Source: Bacteroidia bacterium
Lineage (GTDB): Bacteria > Bacteroidota > Bacteroidia > NS11-12g > UBA9320
Assembly: GCA_965216465.1 (NCBI GenBank)
Contig: CBDCFW010000006.1
Span: forward strand, 1,216,001 to 1,280,000
Direction: 5' to 3'
DNA: 64,000 bases
Shown here: in pieces, positions 37,182-48,576 of the stretch
Layout: every line of letters begins with the position of its first letter
Numbering within the stretch: the first letter of the stretch is position 1
Program-made: the position numbers and the translations under genes
Notes under the pieces: generated by a model
What the model saw: the letters and a program-made list of their open reading frames with translations, nothing else
What the model was told of the DNA's origin: nothing
Database searches by the model: none

Positions 37182-38033
37182 GTGATGGAAGAGCGGGTGT
37201 TAAAATATAAAGACCATGTTGTTTTTGGGAAAATTATAATTCCCTATTTTGAGCGTGCACCCAAAACCTATCAAGAAAATGAAGCCTGTTTCATCTTTGT
37301 AAATAAAGGGAGTTTTAGTGTTCGAGCGGCAGAAACACAATTAAGCTTGAACCCTTCTAATGCTATGCTCGCAAAGTGCGTAAACTACTTTATGGAAACC
37401 AACAAGGCTCAACGAACTGAAGAAGGGTTTGAAATGATTGGCGTTTTACTTTACCCATCATTAATAAAAGAACTGTTTGCATTCGATGTTTCTCAAAGCG
37501 ATTATGAGCTAGATTACAATTTAGTGCAAGTAGAGGTCGATCATTTGCTGGAGAATTTCAGACAGAGCATTAGCATATTAATCGACAATCCAGAGTTGGC
37601 CGATGAACAAATGATCAAGACCAAGATTAAAGAGTTTGTTCTCTTGCTGTCAAAATCTCAAAACGCACCTACCATGCTTGATTTCTTGGCCGGTTTGTTC
37701 AAGCCTCGTGAGGTAGCATTCAAAACAGTGATTAAGCAAAACTTGTATAGCAGCTTAAAACTGGACGAGCTCGCACGCCTGACCAACTTGAGCTTATCTT
37801 CATTCAAGCGCAAGTTTAACGAGGTGTACGGACAGCCTCCAAAGCATTTTATTACTCAGAAAAAATTGGAAAAGGCATGTGCGTTATTGCAGAGTAAAGA
37901 CTATAGAATATCGGATATAGCTTACGATGTTGGCTTTGAATCGGTGGTAACTTTTAATCGAAATTTTACTTCAACGTATAAAAAATCACCTTCTGAATAC
38001 CGATTGAACTTTTTTGAGAAATCTTTGAGCTAA
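37182..38033 (+). CDS. AraC family regulator (ExsA-like N-terminus)
   Basis: LSLSSFKRKF..ISDIAYDVGF..FNRNF..SPSEYR. Confidence 0.9.
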   Translation: MMEERVLKYKDHVVFGKIIIPYFERAPKTYQENEACFIFVNKGSFSVRAAETQLSLNPSNAMLAKCVNYFMETNKAQRTEEGFEMIGVLLYPSLIKELFAFDVSQSDYELDYNLVQVEVDHLLENFRQSISILIDNPELADEQMIKTKIKEFVLLLSKSQNAPTMLDFLAGLFKPREVAFKTVIKQNLYSSLKLDELARLTNLSLSSFKRKFNEVYGQPPKHFITQKKLEKACALLQSKDYRISDIAYDVGFESVVTFNRNFTSTYKKSPSEYRLNFFEKSLS

Positions 38034-38091
38034 ACTGTAAAATCTCAGGGCAAAATCCGCTCCAACTTTGTACCTAAATAAGTACAAAGTC

Positions 38092-39027
38092 ATGAATAAA
38101 ACAGTTTTAATTACAGGAGCAAATTCAGGGTTGGGTAAAGACACAGCGAGACAATTTGCATTGAAACCAGAAGTAACCAAGGTATACCTTGCATGTAGAA
38201 ATATTGATAAGGCTAGAATTGCAAAGCAAGAATTAGTAAAAGCTACTGGCCGAGATATTTTTGAAATCATAATCATCGACGTATCCAATTTGGGATCGGT
38301 CAATGAGGCTCTACCAAAACTAAACACTCCAATCGACTATATTTTGTTAAATGCTGGTGGTTTAGGAGGTAAAACACCGAATAAGATTACTCGGGATGGT
38401 GTTACTCAAATTTTCGCATCAAACGTTCTTGGAAATCTGTATTTACTCGAACGCTTACTCGAAAAAGGATTGATTAAAGAGTCAGCCGTATTTGCAGGTT
38501 CAGAAGCAGCCAGAGGTGTTCCAATGATGGGAATTAAGAAGCCGATTCTCACCAATTCAAGCGTGCAAGAGTTTGAAGACATTGCCAACGGTTCATACTT
38601 TAAAACCGACGATGCCATGTTTGCCTACGGATACATTAAGTATATGGGTGCGTTGGTAGTTGGGAAGTTAGCACGCTTATATCCAGAAGTTCGAATCTTG
38701 ACCATGAGTCCGGGTGGAACAAATGGAACGAATGCAATGAACGACCTCAAAGGAATGATGAAAGTGATGTTTAAGACTTTAGGTCCTACGTTGATGCCTC
38801 TTTTTGGAATGATGCATTCGCTGGATAAAGGAGCCAAGCGTTTTGTTGACGCACTTGAAGATCCGAAGTATCAAAGTGGTGTATTTTATGCGAGCAAAGG
38901 AAGTACTACCACGGGACCCGTTGTAGAACAAACCCAGTATTACCCAGAGCTTGCAGATGCTAGAATACAAGATAATGCATACGCTGCACTTGCTGGCATG
39001 TTTGAGCCGGTAACGGTAGCGGCATAA
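38092..39027 (+). CDS. Short-chain dehydrogenase/reductase
   Basis: ITGANSGLG, LACRN, LNAGG, YGYIK; ATG 38092 after CAACTTTG. Confidence 0.85.
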   Translation: MNKTVLITGANSGLGKDTARQFALKPEVTKVYLACRNIDKARIAKQELVKATGRDIFEIIIIDVSNLGSVNEALPKLNTPIDYILLNAGGLGGKTPNKITRDGVTQIFASNVLGNLYLLERLLEKGLIKESAVFAGSEAARGVPMMGIKKPILTNSSVQEFEDIANGSYFKTDDAMFAYGYIKYMGALVVGKLARLYPEVRILTMSPGGTNGTNAMNDLKGMMKVMFKTLGPTLMPLFGMMHSLDKGAKRFVDALEDPKYQSGVFYASKGSTTTGPVVEQTQYYPELADARIQDNAYAALAGMFEPVTVAA

Positions 39028-39056
39028 TTAAGGTAAAATTAGATGGGAGTGAGTAA

Positions 39057-39737
39057 TCACTTCCATTTAATTTTTTCGAATTTTGACCCGGCCCATAAAT
39101 AAAATCCGGGTTCTGGCATTTCACACGTTCTGCCTTCTTCATCATTACCCTCTAATTCATCCTTGAAATTTGAAATTTGAATTCCATCTGTGGTGATTTT
39201 GAAGTCAATACTGCAGGTTCGCGTGTATCCCGCTGATTCATCTTCGTAGGCATACCACAAGAAATAAGACTTCGAATGGAAATTAGCCTCACAACGATTA
39301 GAGTCCGTGTTCAAAACATGTATTTCGGTCTCACTTGAACTAAATCCACAATTGCACGAATTCAAATGATTGCTAAGCTCGGCAGAACTTTCGATTACGA
39401 CCATTGGATTTTTCAATGAATCGAAAGGTGCTAAATACACCGAATCGATTTGAATGTGATAGTCAGTATACACCTTCCATCTTCCATTTTTTTGAATGCA
39501 TGAAAGTCCAGGACTTGATTTTAATCCATCCCCATATATCCAAGAATCTGGGAAATAGAAATAGTTGAAAATGATGCTATCTAATTGTGCTTCAAACTTC
39601 AGTGCATAGCCAATATTATAGAGTGTATCTAACGATTCGAATTCTCCCCAATACTTTAAGTCATATTGATGCAAATTGTTTTGAGCCTGAGATGTGCTCA
39701 ATACAATCAATAATGCAAAAAATAGAATTAGACGCAA
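39057..39737 (-). CDS. Secreted hypothetical protein
   Basis: Signal peptide ending SQAQ, several Cys. Confidence 0.55.
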   Translation of the reverse strand: MRLILFFALLIVLSTSQAQNNLHQYDLKYWGEFESLDTLYNIGYALKFEAQLDSIIFNYFYFPDSWIYGDGLKSSPGLSCIQKNGRWKVYTDYHIQIDSVYLAPFDSLKNPMVVIESSAELSNHLNSCNCGFSSSETEIHVLNTDSNRCEANFHSKSYFLWYAYEDESAGYTRTCSIDFKITTDGIQISNFKDELEGNDEEGRTCEMPEPGFYLWAGSKFEKIKWK

Positions 39738-39815
39738 GGTTTTGAATGTTTAAGGTCTTCACACAAATATAAGCACTACTTTATTGGCTTCTGCATTGCT
39801 AAATTTGACGAATCT

Positions 39816-40799
39816 ATGTATTTGAAAAAATTGCTTTTGCCCATCTTGCTTTTAACCATAACATTTGGATGCAATCAAGCACCAGAAGAAGTTGAACAGG
39901 CTGAGATTCCTTTTGCCATTGTTATTCACGGTGGGGCTGGGTACATCACCCCGGAACAAATTGATTCGAGTTTAGAGCAGCAATACCGCGATACGCTTAA
40001 TCTAGCATTAAAATCTGGGTATGCCGTACTTGAGAATGGAGGCACGGCCGTTGATGCAATTCAGGCCGCCATTACCTTTCTCGAAGATTGTTCGTTGTTC
40101 AATGCGGGCAAAGGGTCGGTGTATAATAGTCAAGCTCAACAAGAAATGGATGCATCAATCATGGATGGGAGTACTTTGAATAGTGGAGCAGTTGCCGGTG
40201 TTCGCAGTATAAAGAATCCAATTCTGGCAGCACGGTTGGTGATGGATAGTTCTAAGCACGTGATGATGGCTGGGAGAGGTGCTGAGAAGCTCGCTGATCA
40301 GTATGGATTGACCTTGGTAGACAGTGCATATTTTTACAACAAAGCGGGCTATGATCAAATTCAAGAGCGTATAAAACGCGATAAACATGGAACGGTTGGA
40401 GCTGTGGCCATCGATAAAAATGGGAATATCGCAGCGGCCACTTCCACTGGAGGAATGTTTAATAAAAAATGGAACCGTATTGGAGATTCACCAATAATTG
40501 GAGCTGGAACGTATGCCAACAATGAGTCGTGTGGCATTTCTTGCACAGGAACCGGGGAATTCTACATCAGAACTGTAGCTGCACATGAGGTTTCGAGTCT
40601 ATATCAATATCAAAACATGACACTTGCAGAAGCAATAAAAGAAGTGACATTTAATCAAATAGAGCCACTTGGAGGCGAAGGTGGGATGATTGGAATCGAT
40701 AAGCTAGGGAACATCGCTTGGGACTTCAATACCCCTGGAATGTTCAGAGGATTTATCAGCTCGAATGGAAGTTCTGACATACAACTGTTTGGTCAATAA
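39816..40799 (+). CDS. iaaA: Isoaspartyl peptidase/L-asparaginase (Ntn hydrolase) with lipoprotein signal
   Basis: IHGGAG, FNAGKGS, MDASIMDG, HGTVGAVA, ATSTGG, RIGDSP; lipobox TFGC. Confidence 0.9.
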   Translation: MYLKKLLLPILLLTITFGCNQAPEEVEQAEIPFAIVIHGGAGYITPEQIDSSLEQQYRDTLNLALKSGYAVLENGGTAVDAIQAAITFLEDCSLFNAGKGSVYNSQAQQEMDASIMDGSTLNSGAVAGVRSIKNPILAARLVMDSSKHVMMAGRGAEKLADQYGLTLVDSAYFYNKAGYDQIQERIKRDKHGTVGAVAIDKNGNIAAATSTGGMFNKKWNRIGDSPIIGAGTYANNESCGISCTGTGEFYIRTVAAHEVSSLYQYQNMTLAEAIKEVTFNQIEPLGGEGGMIGIDKLGNIAWDFNTPGMFRGFISSNGSSDIQLFGQ

Positions 40800-40871
40800 A
40801 GCCGATTGAAGCTCAATTTTAGCACGAGTTAACAGGCAATTTTGTAACTTACAAACCCTAATTAGCCTGTT

Positions 40872-41497
40872 ATGAAACAAATAGTAACCTCATTGCTTCT
40901 CGTCGCTTTGTGCTTTGGTGCTTATTGTCAGGTCCTTCCACCTGCATACACAGATTCAGAAGCTTCATCAATCTCAATTTCTGTTAACCCAGCTGGAATA
41001 TTATTTTTTGGACCCTCGGTCGACCTGGGTTACGGAATCAATTCTTCCACTGATGTAAACCTTCAAGTGCGGTATTTACCACTTGGTATGGTTTTGCAGA
41101 GTCGAAAAACCTATGAGGGAGAAGAAATGGCAGATTTTAAGGGCTTGAGTTACGGCGGAGGAGTTACTCGATTTTTGCAAGATCCTTCTAGCTTAAGACC
41201 CTATGTCGGAGGGAGATTAGAATTTGGAACGATGATGATTATATACGAAGAAAGAGAGGCCTGGCAGTGGTATGAAAAGAATAGCAATTTTATCTTAGCC
41301 TTAAACGGTGGGGTCAGAAAAACATTTGAATCGGGTGTATATGTGAACATCGGGGCTTTTTCGGAGGAGCCTACACCAATTACTCCTGGGATTACGAAGA
41401 TGTTGCCTATGGAGTTAACGACCTCGACGAAAGAGAAGGCACAACCCTATTGCCTGTAGGAACTTTGGAAGTTGCGATTGGGGTTTCCATTAAGTAG
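40872..41497 (+). CDS. Outer-membrane beta-barrel protein (DUF3575-like), frameshifted
   Basis: Adding one T to T5 at 41357-41361 gives ..IGAFFGGAYTNYSW..GTLEVAIGVSIK-stop at 41497. Confidence 0.6.
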
Positions 41498-41519
41498 GTA
41501 TACATGTGGCAGAAAAAGT

Positions 41520-42294
41520 CTATTGCATTAACACCTTAAATACTCCCGGAAACCAGCGGTTTAAAATTACTGATATCCGCATTTGCCAGGGAAAAATAAA
41601 CTCCTTGTTCTTCACAAAAAGGTTTCTGCAAATAATTTGAGCTGCTTCAGTTTCGGAGAGGGTAGGGATGAGCTGGTCTACAATCTTTGGTATACGTTCT
41701 TCACTTATTGGGTTGTTGGTGAAGTAAGGTGTTTTAACCTTGCCAAAGGCCAACATGTTAACGCCGAAATTGGTCGTTCGTAGGTCAGCCTGAAGTGACC
41801 GCGAAAGTCCTAACAATGCCCACCGAGCCGAAGTGTAGCCCGTTGCCCCCGGAAATGAAAAATAACACGCAGCAGAATTTATAATAATGAATTGCCCTCT
41901 TCCTCTTTTTAGCATGCGGTCAAAAAAAGCTTTACACGTGTGTGCTGCAGCAAGATAGGGTGAGTTAATGGTTTCATTAAAGTGCTCCATGGTGGTCTCA
42001 TTTAAAGAGAGCCACTCACCGGCTCCAGCACTGTTAATTACAACATCTGGAATGCCAATATTAGAAACAATGTAATCGGCATCACGTTCAACTTCTTCCC
42101 AGTCTGCTAAGGTCGGTTGATATGAATAAGACCTTTTTGCCTGAGGGGTCAATAGAGGTAGCAGCTTCTTTTAACTTTTCTTCGTTTCGAGCTTGAAGAA
42201 TAACTTTAGCTCCTTTTTCAAACAACAACTTCGCTGTTGCCTTGCCAATTCCACTTGAACCTCCGGTTACTAAAATCAGTTTGTCTTTAATCAT
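41520..42294 (-). CDS. SDR oxidoreductase split by a frameshift
   Basis: TGGSSGIG N-terminus (42088..42294) and NSAG/YTSAR core (41520..) join as ..ISTDLADWEE.. if one base near 42108-42112 is removed. Confidence 0.8.
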
Positions 42295-42452
42295 CGATTA
42301 CAACCACTAAGGTAAAAAAACCTTGTATATTTTGATGATTAAAATGAATATCTTGCGAGATGTATGACTATGCGATAGTACAGAACACCTTTGTAAGGAA
42401 GCAATAGTGTTTGCATAGTTTAATCGCCTACTTTTGCAGTTGTTTTACCGTT

Positions 42453-43702
42453 GTGAAAGAATTCTATAAAGATCTTCTAATTAAGCAGCATATCGACTTC
42501 ATGGAAGTTGATTTGTTGGCAGTTATCCTGCATGCGCTAACACTTGTTGTTTTATGTGCGATTATTTATTGGGTGACGAAAAAAATTGTACTTGATCGGG
42601 TGCACAAGTTTGCTATCAAGACCGAAAGTAAATGGGACGACAAGTTGATGGATGCGCGTTTCTTTAGACGAACGGTGTTGTTACTTCCCTTATTGATTGT
42701 TCGCTATTCTGTAGATGCCGTAATGGCCGATTACGATACTAGTATTCCCTTGGTTACTAAGTTGTTTGAAGTGCTAATTGCCTTTGCTGTGATGCGGATT
42801 ATTGTCTCCTTCATCAATGCATTGTTAAGTATTTTTTCGGAGTCTGAAACCTATAACGACAAGCCCATCCAGAGCTATGCTCAAATCTTAAAGATTGTCG
42901 TTTATGTTTTCTTTGGAATTGCTATATTTTCAGTGGTTACGGGCAAAACGCCCATGTTTTTCCTTACGGCAATGGGGAGCTATGTCGGCCATTGTATTGC
43001 TGATTTTTAGAGATACAATTCTTGGTTTTATTGGAAGCATCCAATTGGCTTCGAATGATATGGTGCACATTGGCGATTGGATTACCATGGAGAAGTACGG
43101 TGCTGATGGGAATGTGGAAGAGATTGCACTGACAACAATCAAGGTTAGAAACTTCGATAAAACGATTACAACCATTCCAACCTATTCTCTAATATCCGAT
43201 TCGTTTAAAAACTGGCGAGGAATGGAAGAATCAGGCGGGAGAAGAATAAAAAGATCGATTAACATCAAAACGGCTAGCGTACGATTTTGCGATGATGCCA
43301 TGCTAAAACGCTTCGGTGAAATGCGTTTGCTAAAAGAGTATGTAGCAGAGAAAAAAGAGGAGTTAAAAGCGTTCAATGCTCAACTTGATGAAGGTGAACG
43401 GTTACAAATCAATGGCCGTCATTTGACCAATGTGGGTGTGTTTAGAAAGTACTTAGAAATGTATTTAAAAGAACACCCGATGATAAACCAAGATTTAACC
43501 TGCATGGTGCGTCAATTGCAACCTCAATCGGAAGGATTGCCTCTGGAGATTTATGCATTTAGTTCAGATAAACAATGGGTAAATTACGAAGGAATAATTG
43601 CCGATATATTCGATCATGTTTTGGCAATTGTATCCCAGTTTGGACCTTGAGGTTTTCCAAAGTCCAACGGGTAGCGACTTAAAAGGGCTGGGCGGACGCT
43701 AA
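42453..43702 (+). CDS. Mechanosensitive channel, MscS family (YbdG-like), two frameshifts
   Basis: GDWITMEKYGADG, RNFDKTITTIP, NWRGMEESGGRRIKR, MVRQL; an extra G at 42974-42977 and another at 43642-43643, whose removal restores FDLEVFQSPTGSDL to the stop at 43702; start uncertain. Confidence 0.85.
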
Positions 43703-43846
43703 TTAAGGTGTAGTAATTCAACTACATCGCCGTCTAAATATCTAGAAGAGAAATTCGTAAAGCTACATAAACACTAGGGGTTTATGATGTCTTTTTAGCT
43801 GGAATGGACTTTGTTATGATATTACAAAATCACAAAGATCCATTTT

Positions 43847-44614
43847 ATGAAGTCACATTACATTTATTTACTTGCTGCATGTGCAGTGCTGTTTTCCTCG
43901 TGTTCAATTGTTCGTCCTGGAGAGGTGGGCGTGAAACAACGTTTAGGAAAACTTAACGAAAAAACCATTGATGAAGGCGTGGTAGTTTACAATCCATTTA
44001 TCACAAAAGTGGTAAAAGCCTCAACACAAACCAACAACTTGAAACTCCATTTAAATTTACCCAGTAAAGAAGGCTTGAGTGTTAAGTCTGAAATATCTAT
44101 CCTATACCGCATTGAAGCCGATAGCATTCAAAGCATTTTAAAGAAATACGGTCAGAATTACGAAGCGATTATCGGGAGCATTTTCCGATCGGCGTCGTCT
44201 GATGTGTGTGCGAAATATTATGCAAAAGACATGCACTCGGGCATGCGTGCTAATATAGAGCAAAGCATTAAAGAGAAGATGGGAGAGTTGCTAGCAGAAA
44301 GCGGCATTATTATCGAGTCGGTATTGATGAAAAGTATCCAACTTCCATCTGGTTTGGCCAGTTCTATTGAAGCGAAATTGCAAGCAGAACAAGACGCGAT
44401 GCGAATGAAGTTTATTTTAGAGCAAGAGAAACTCGAAGCTGAAAGAAAGATTATTGAAGCAAAGGGAGTTCGAGATGCTCAAAAAATTGTAGCAGAAGGA
44501 CTTACGGAAGAAGTTTTGAAATTAAAAAGCATTGAAGCATTTCAAAATTTGAGCAATTCACCGAACACGAAAGTCATTATCTCTGATGGCAATGCATCAG
44601 TTTTGGTAGATTAA
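43847..44614 (+). CDS. SPFH/prohibitin family protein
   Basis: FSSC..VRPGEVGV, LPSKEGL, IEAKLQAEQ, AERKIIEAKG. Confidence 0.9.
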   Translation: MKSHYIYLLAACAVLFSSCSIVRPGEVGVKQRLGKLNEKTIDEGVVVYNPFITKVVKASTQTNNLKLHLNLPSKEGLSVKSEISILYRIEADSIQSILKKYGQNYEAIIGSIFRSASSDVCAKYYAKDMHSGMRANIEQSIKEKMGELLAESGIIIESVLMKSIQLPSGLASSIEAKLQAEQDAMRMKFILEQEKLEAERKIIEAKGVRDAQKIVAEGLTEEVLKLKSIEAFQNLSNSPNTKVIISDGNASVLVD

Positions 44615-44657
44615 CGGAAGTTTTTATTTCTTTTAATTAAAGCATTAAAAAGTTGAT

Positions 44658-44690
44658 AGAGCACCAGTTTGAAGCTGGTGCTTTATTATT
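44658..44690. terminator. Hairpin, probable terminator
   Basis: AGAGCACCAG/CTGGTGCTTT stem downstream of the SPFH gene. Confidence 0.6.
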
Positions 44691-44728
44691 TGGCATTTAC
44701 TCTGTTAAAACCTCCTTTTTTGTTGCCC

Positions 44729-44758
44729 CTTCAGGGTCTCCTGTAAGGGACCCTGAAG
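44729..44758. repeat. 10-bp perfect inverted repeat
   Basis: CTTCAGGGTC-N10-GACCCTGAAG. Confidence 0.7.
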
Positions 44759-44878
44759 TAACCTTAAACAATTATCTCTCTTTTGTCCATTTACTATTGG
44801 TCTGAAGTAGGTGCTAACTAGTTTTCAATACTTTTTAAAAAAAACTGCAAGAGAAAAAAGAAAAACATTTATTGCCTT

Positions 44879-47265
44879 CTAAAATGAAAATTTAGCAAGC
44901 AACCTGCTGCCATAAACAAATTTATCATCTACGCCATAAAGCTTGACAATTTTGCCGGCTTCTGCATTTAGGGCAAATTCAAGTTTTGAGCTTGCTGCGA
45001 TTCGAAGTTGTAAGATACCTCTGCTTCTATAGGCTCCAATATCGTATTGGTCAATAAATCCATTGAACGATACATTAATTTTTTTACCGCTGGTTTGGTT
45101 AATTCCAATTCGATATCCCCAAAAATTTAGGGTGTCAACAATTGGACCTGTTATGTTTCGGCTGGTCATCGCAGTTATATTCATTTTTTCATTGATAAAG
45201 GTGGTACTCCAAAGTAATAGCTTATTATCTACCTGCATTTGGCCCTGATTGTAATCTACTGTTGAGTTTACAAAAGAAAATATTGAAGAAATTGAATGAT
45301 TCTTATACTGTTTCATGAAAATAAGACTTGCTGTGGTGACGGCAAGTTGATTGTCTGTGCGAAATAGCGTGTCGGGATTATTGTTGCCTTGTTGATAAGG
45401 AGAGTGCTGAATCTGAAAGTTTAATGCCTTGCGGAAACTAGATTTTACGCTTATGCCGTAGCCTGACATCTTATTTGTGGTATTGGATAAACCAGTGATA
45501 TTATCTCTAAAGTCTTTATAAAAAGCTGAAGCTGTAATTCTTCTATCAAAGACTTTTGTTTTTAGTTTTACATCCAACTCATTGTAGTTGCTCCTTAAAA
45601 AAGGATTGCCCCAGTGAGATGTATTTCGGGTTGACGCGTTGCAGTTGGGCATCTATTGAAGTATTTTTTAGGAGTTCATATTTTGAACTCACCTCAAACG
45701 CAAATGGATCTAAGAAGTTCTGAAATGCGGACAAGTCTGGAATTTCAGTTTCTCCCACAGATATTGATTCAGGGTTAAGATTAACTTCCTGCAAAAGTGC
45801 ATGATGTATAGCAAGATTAAGTTTGAGTTTTTTCCCGATGGCAGAACTTGCCTCTAAAGAGTGTAAGATGTTTTGCTTTTGCTCTTCAACACTTCCGTCA
45901 TCAAATAAACTAACACTGGTTAATGCTATTGATCCTGATTTAAGCTGATAAGCCGATCGTATTCCAATTACATTTCTGTTAAACTGGGGTGAAGGTTGAC
46001 TTAACCCAAATGTATTGTATTCTGTTTGGAACGTTTTTTCCTCCGGTAATGTGCAACTCTGTAGACTTAATTTCATACTTAAGGTCTAGGCCTTTTACGG
46101 GAATTCCATTTAATGTATACTCAGAAAAATAAGGATTTGTGGTTCCTACTTTAAAGTGCTGAATTTTGCTTACAATGCTAGCAGCTCTTTTCAGTTTTGG
46201 ATGTTGTTGGGCTTGACTAAGCCAAAAATCAGAAGAATTGATATCAGACTTGAGCATATTCAAACTATCACTCAATCTTTCATAAGATTCTTTGGCTTCG
46301 CTATACTTAGCTTGAAGCTCAGTTTTCTTGGATTCTAATTGTGCAATTCGCTCACGCACTTGGTTAATAGAATCTTGATATTGCTGATACTTTTGATAGT
46401 TTTTCTGATACACAGAGTCATATTTTGCACCACGATCTGAAGCAATACTTTGGGTGCTGTCTTTGATGCTGTTTAGTGAATCAGAAACGAATTGTTTGGC
46501 AGCGTCTTGATATTTTTCTGTATCCAAATCAAAGTCAAAATCAGGTTTGTTGAGCTCAAGCATGCCTAACTCGTGTTTTTTACGTTGAATTTGCCGTTCT
46601 ACGATTTGTTGTTGCTTGCTTATATCGAGCTTATTAGACAAAGAATTTCGTTGTTCTTTAATTCTAGCATCAAGTTTTTCCTTGGCTTTTTGCCGCATTT
46701 GTTTCTTGAATTGTTCTATATCAAATTCTACGGTAAAAAAATTTGAATTATAGAAGGAATTATCTTCTGTTGTATAGTAGAAGTTTGTTTTTAATGGTAA
46801 TCCGTATATTGAAATTGAAGGACTCCCATAAAGTCTAGAATAGAAAAGTTCACTTTTTGAAAATGGATCTAAATAATTGGTGTAATACGATTCTGAAACA
46901 ACTGCACCTGATAAGTCAATATGGCTTAATGGATTCTTGAGTTTTGAACGATGTTGATTTAAATGGCTTTTGACTAAACTGTCAGAATTAACATCTTTAA
47001 ACTTAGACTTTAGATCAACATTAGTTGTAGCATTTTTTTTGATGGAGTCTAGTGAAATATTAATGTCTTTTCGTGACATTTTTGGAATCTTTTCTTGAAG
47101 AGATTCTTTTTTATGTTGCAGGCTATCTGTTATTTCCCTTTTGAAATCATCTGTGTTTGGTATCGAATCAGAGAGAACTTGGGCGGAAGTAAATTGCTGA
47201 TAGCCAAACAATAGCATCCATAATATAAAGAATAACCGAGGTGGTATGTGGTGTTGAGTTTTCAA
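44879..47265 (-). CDS. Large (~794 aa) secreted coiled-coil plus C-terminal beta-barrel protein, split into three ORFs by two frameshifts
   Basis: Track ORFs 45979..47265, 45579..46076 and 44879..45652 join if one base is removed at 46034-46039 (T6) and one at 45609-45612 (C4), giving ..ITGGKTFQ.. and ..YISLGNPFLRS..; signal peptide, K/Q/E-rich coiled coil, terminal LLAKFSF. Confidence 0.7.
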
Positions 47266-47448
47266 TTCAAGTATCCAAAAGTAAATTATTTTTTGTTAAA
47301 CCCTTGCAATAAATAAGTTAGCACTCCGATAATAAAATTATTTAAAATTAATTTGGCTATACGAAATTTTCATCCCAATTTTACACCTGAAAAACTTTAA
47401 ATATTCTTTTGACGTTTCTGAATATTTGAACTCTAACTTTACGAAAAC

Positions 47449-48576
47449 ATGAGACAAAAGCTACTGATCCTTTTACTGGGGATTGCTACGTATGGAAATT
47501 CGCAAACTTTGATCCAACCGATACCGGTCGGAGGCTTTCAAGTGATGTGCGAAAATCTAGTAAACTTTAATGTAATCCATTCCAATTCTGAGTCGGTTAA
47601 TGTGAAATATTAAATATCTGTTCAGCAGGTAGGAGCAGGAACTGTTGTTCAAATGACTTCAGGCATTCATGTGCTGAAAAGCGGCATTAACAACTACAAC
47701 ATTTCAAACATTAACATTGTAGAAAAGCATTATGCCAAATCTGATTTTGCACAATATGAAGCAAAAATGCGTTCATTCCCGATTGGTAGCTATGAGTATT
47801 GTATTGATATCATTTGTGTAGACGAGTTATCAAAGTGTGAAGAGGTGTTAGAGAGTGAAATTACGCGTAAGCAATGCCACGATTTCACCATTCTTCCGAT
47901 GACGCCATTGCTACTTTCTTCACCTGATGATGAAGAAGTAATCGAGACTGTTCGACCAAACTTTACTTGGATCCCACCTATGCCTTTAGGCAATGACCCA
48001 GACATTAGCTACGATTACACTTTAGTGAAATTGAATGAGGATCAGCGCGGTGAAGACGGGATAAGAAGAAATCGTCCTCTTTACGAACGCCAAGGTATTC
48101 AAGCCATAAATTTAGTTTTCCCTTCTACGTTAGAAGATTTAGAGCGTGGTGAACGTTACGCTTGGCAAGTTAAAGCAAGATTGGGTGATGTTGTTGCTGG
48201 AATATCAGAAGTATGGGAATTTGAAGTGGAGGAAGAGAATGAACCACAGAAGTATGTACTTTTAAGCAAAACACCTAACGCTGCAATTTTTGACTATAAG
48301 GATGATGACGTAATCTATTTTATGCATAAATCGCCATATGCTGGCACCAATTATACGATTCGAATTAAAAGTACAGAAGGCGAGATTGTTGCAGATAACC
48401 TGTCTAAAGACTTGTTACTTCGTCAGAACAATGACCACAATGAAACTAAACACACTGGATTAAATACTTACCAGCTTGAACTGAAGAGGTTTAATCTCAA
48501 TCCGGGTATCTATACTTTGATTTTAGAAGACATTAAGTCAAATAAATTCACCATGAAATTTCAAATTATTGAATGA
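47449..48576 (+). CDS. Secreted Ig/FN3-like protein, first gene of the Rhs/YD operon; internal TAA at 47611
   Basis: ATG 47449 (MRQKLLILLLGIATYGNSQ signal peptide) is in frame with track ORF 47653..48576 except for one TAA; PNFTWIPP, YAWQVKA, SEVWEF. Confidence 0.65.

Noticed and set aside
41357-46039. Programmed ribosomal frameshifting or phase variation
   Set aside because: Runs are only 2-6 nt, there is no consistent slippery heptamer or stimulatory structure, and unrelated genes are hit in one tight zone; sequencing error is simpler
47611-47613. Stop-codon reassignment or selenocysteine readthrough
   Set aside because: The codon is TAA, the commonest true stop in this window; Sec and Pyl use TGA and TAG
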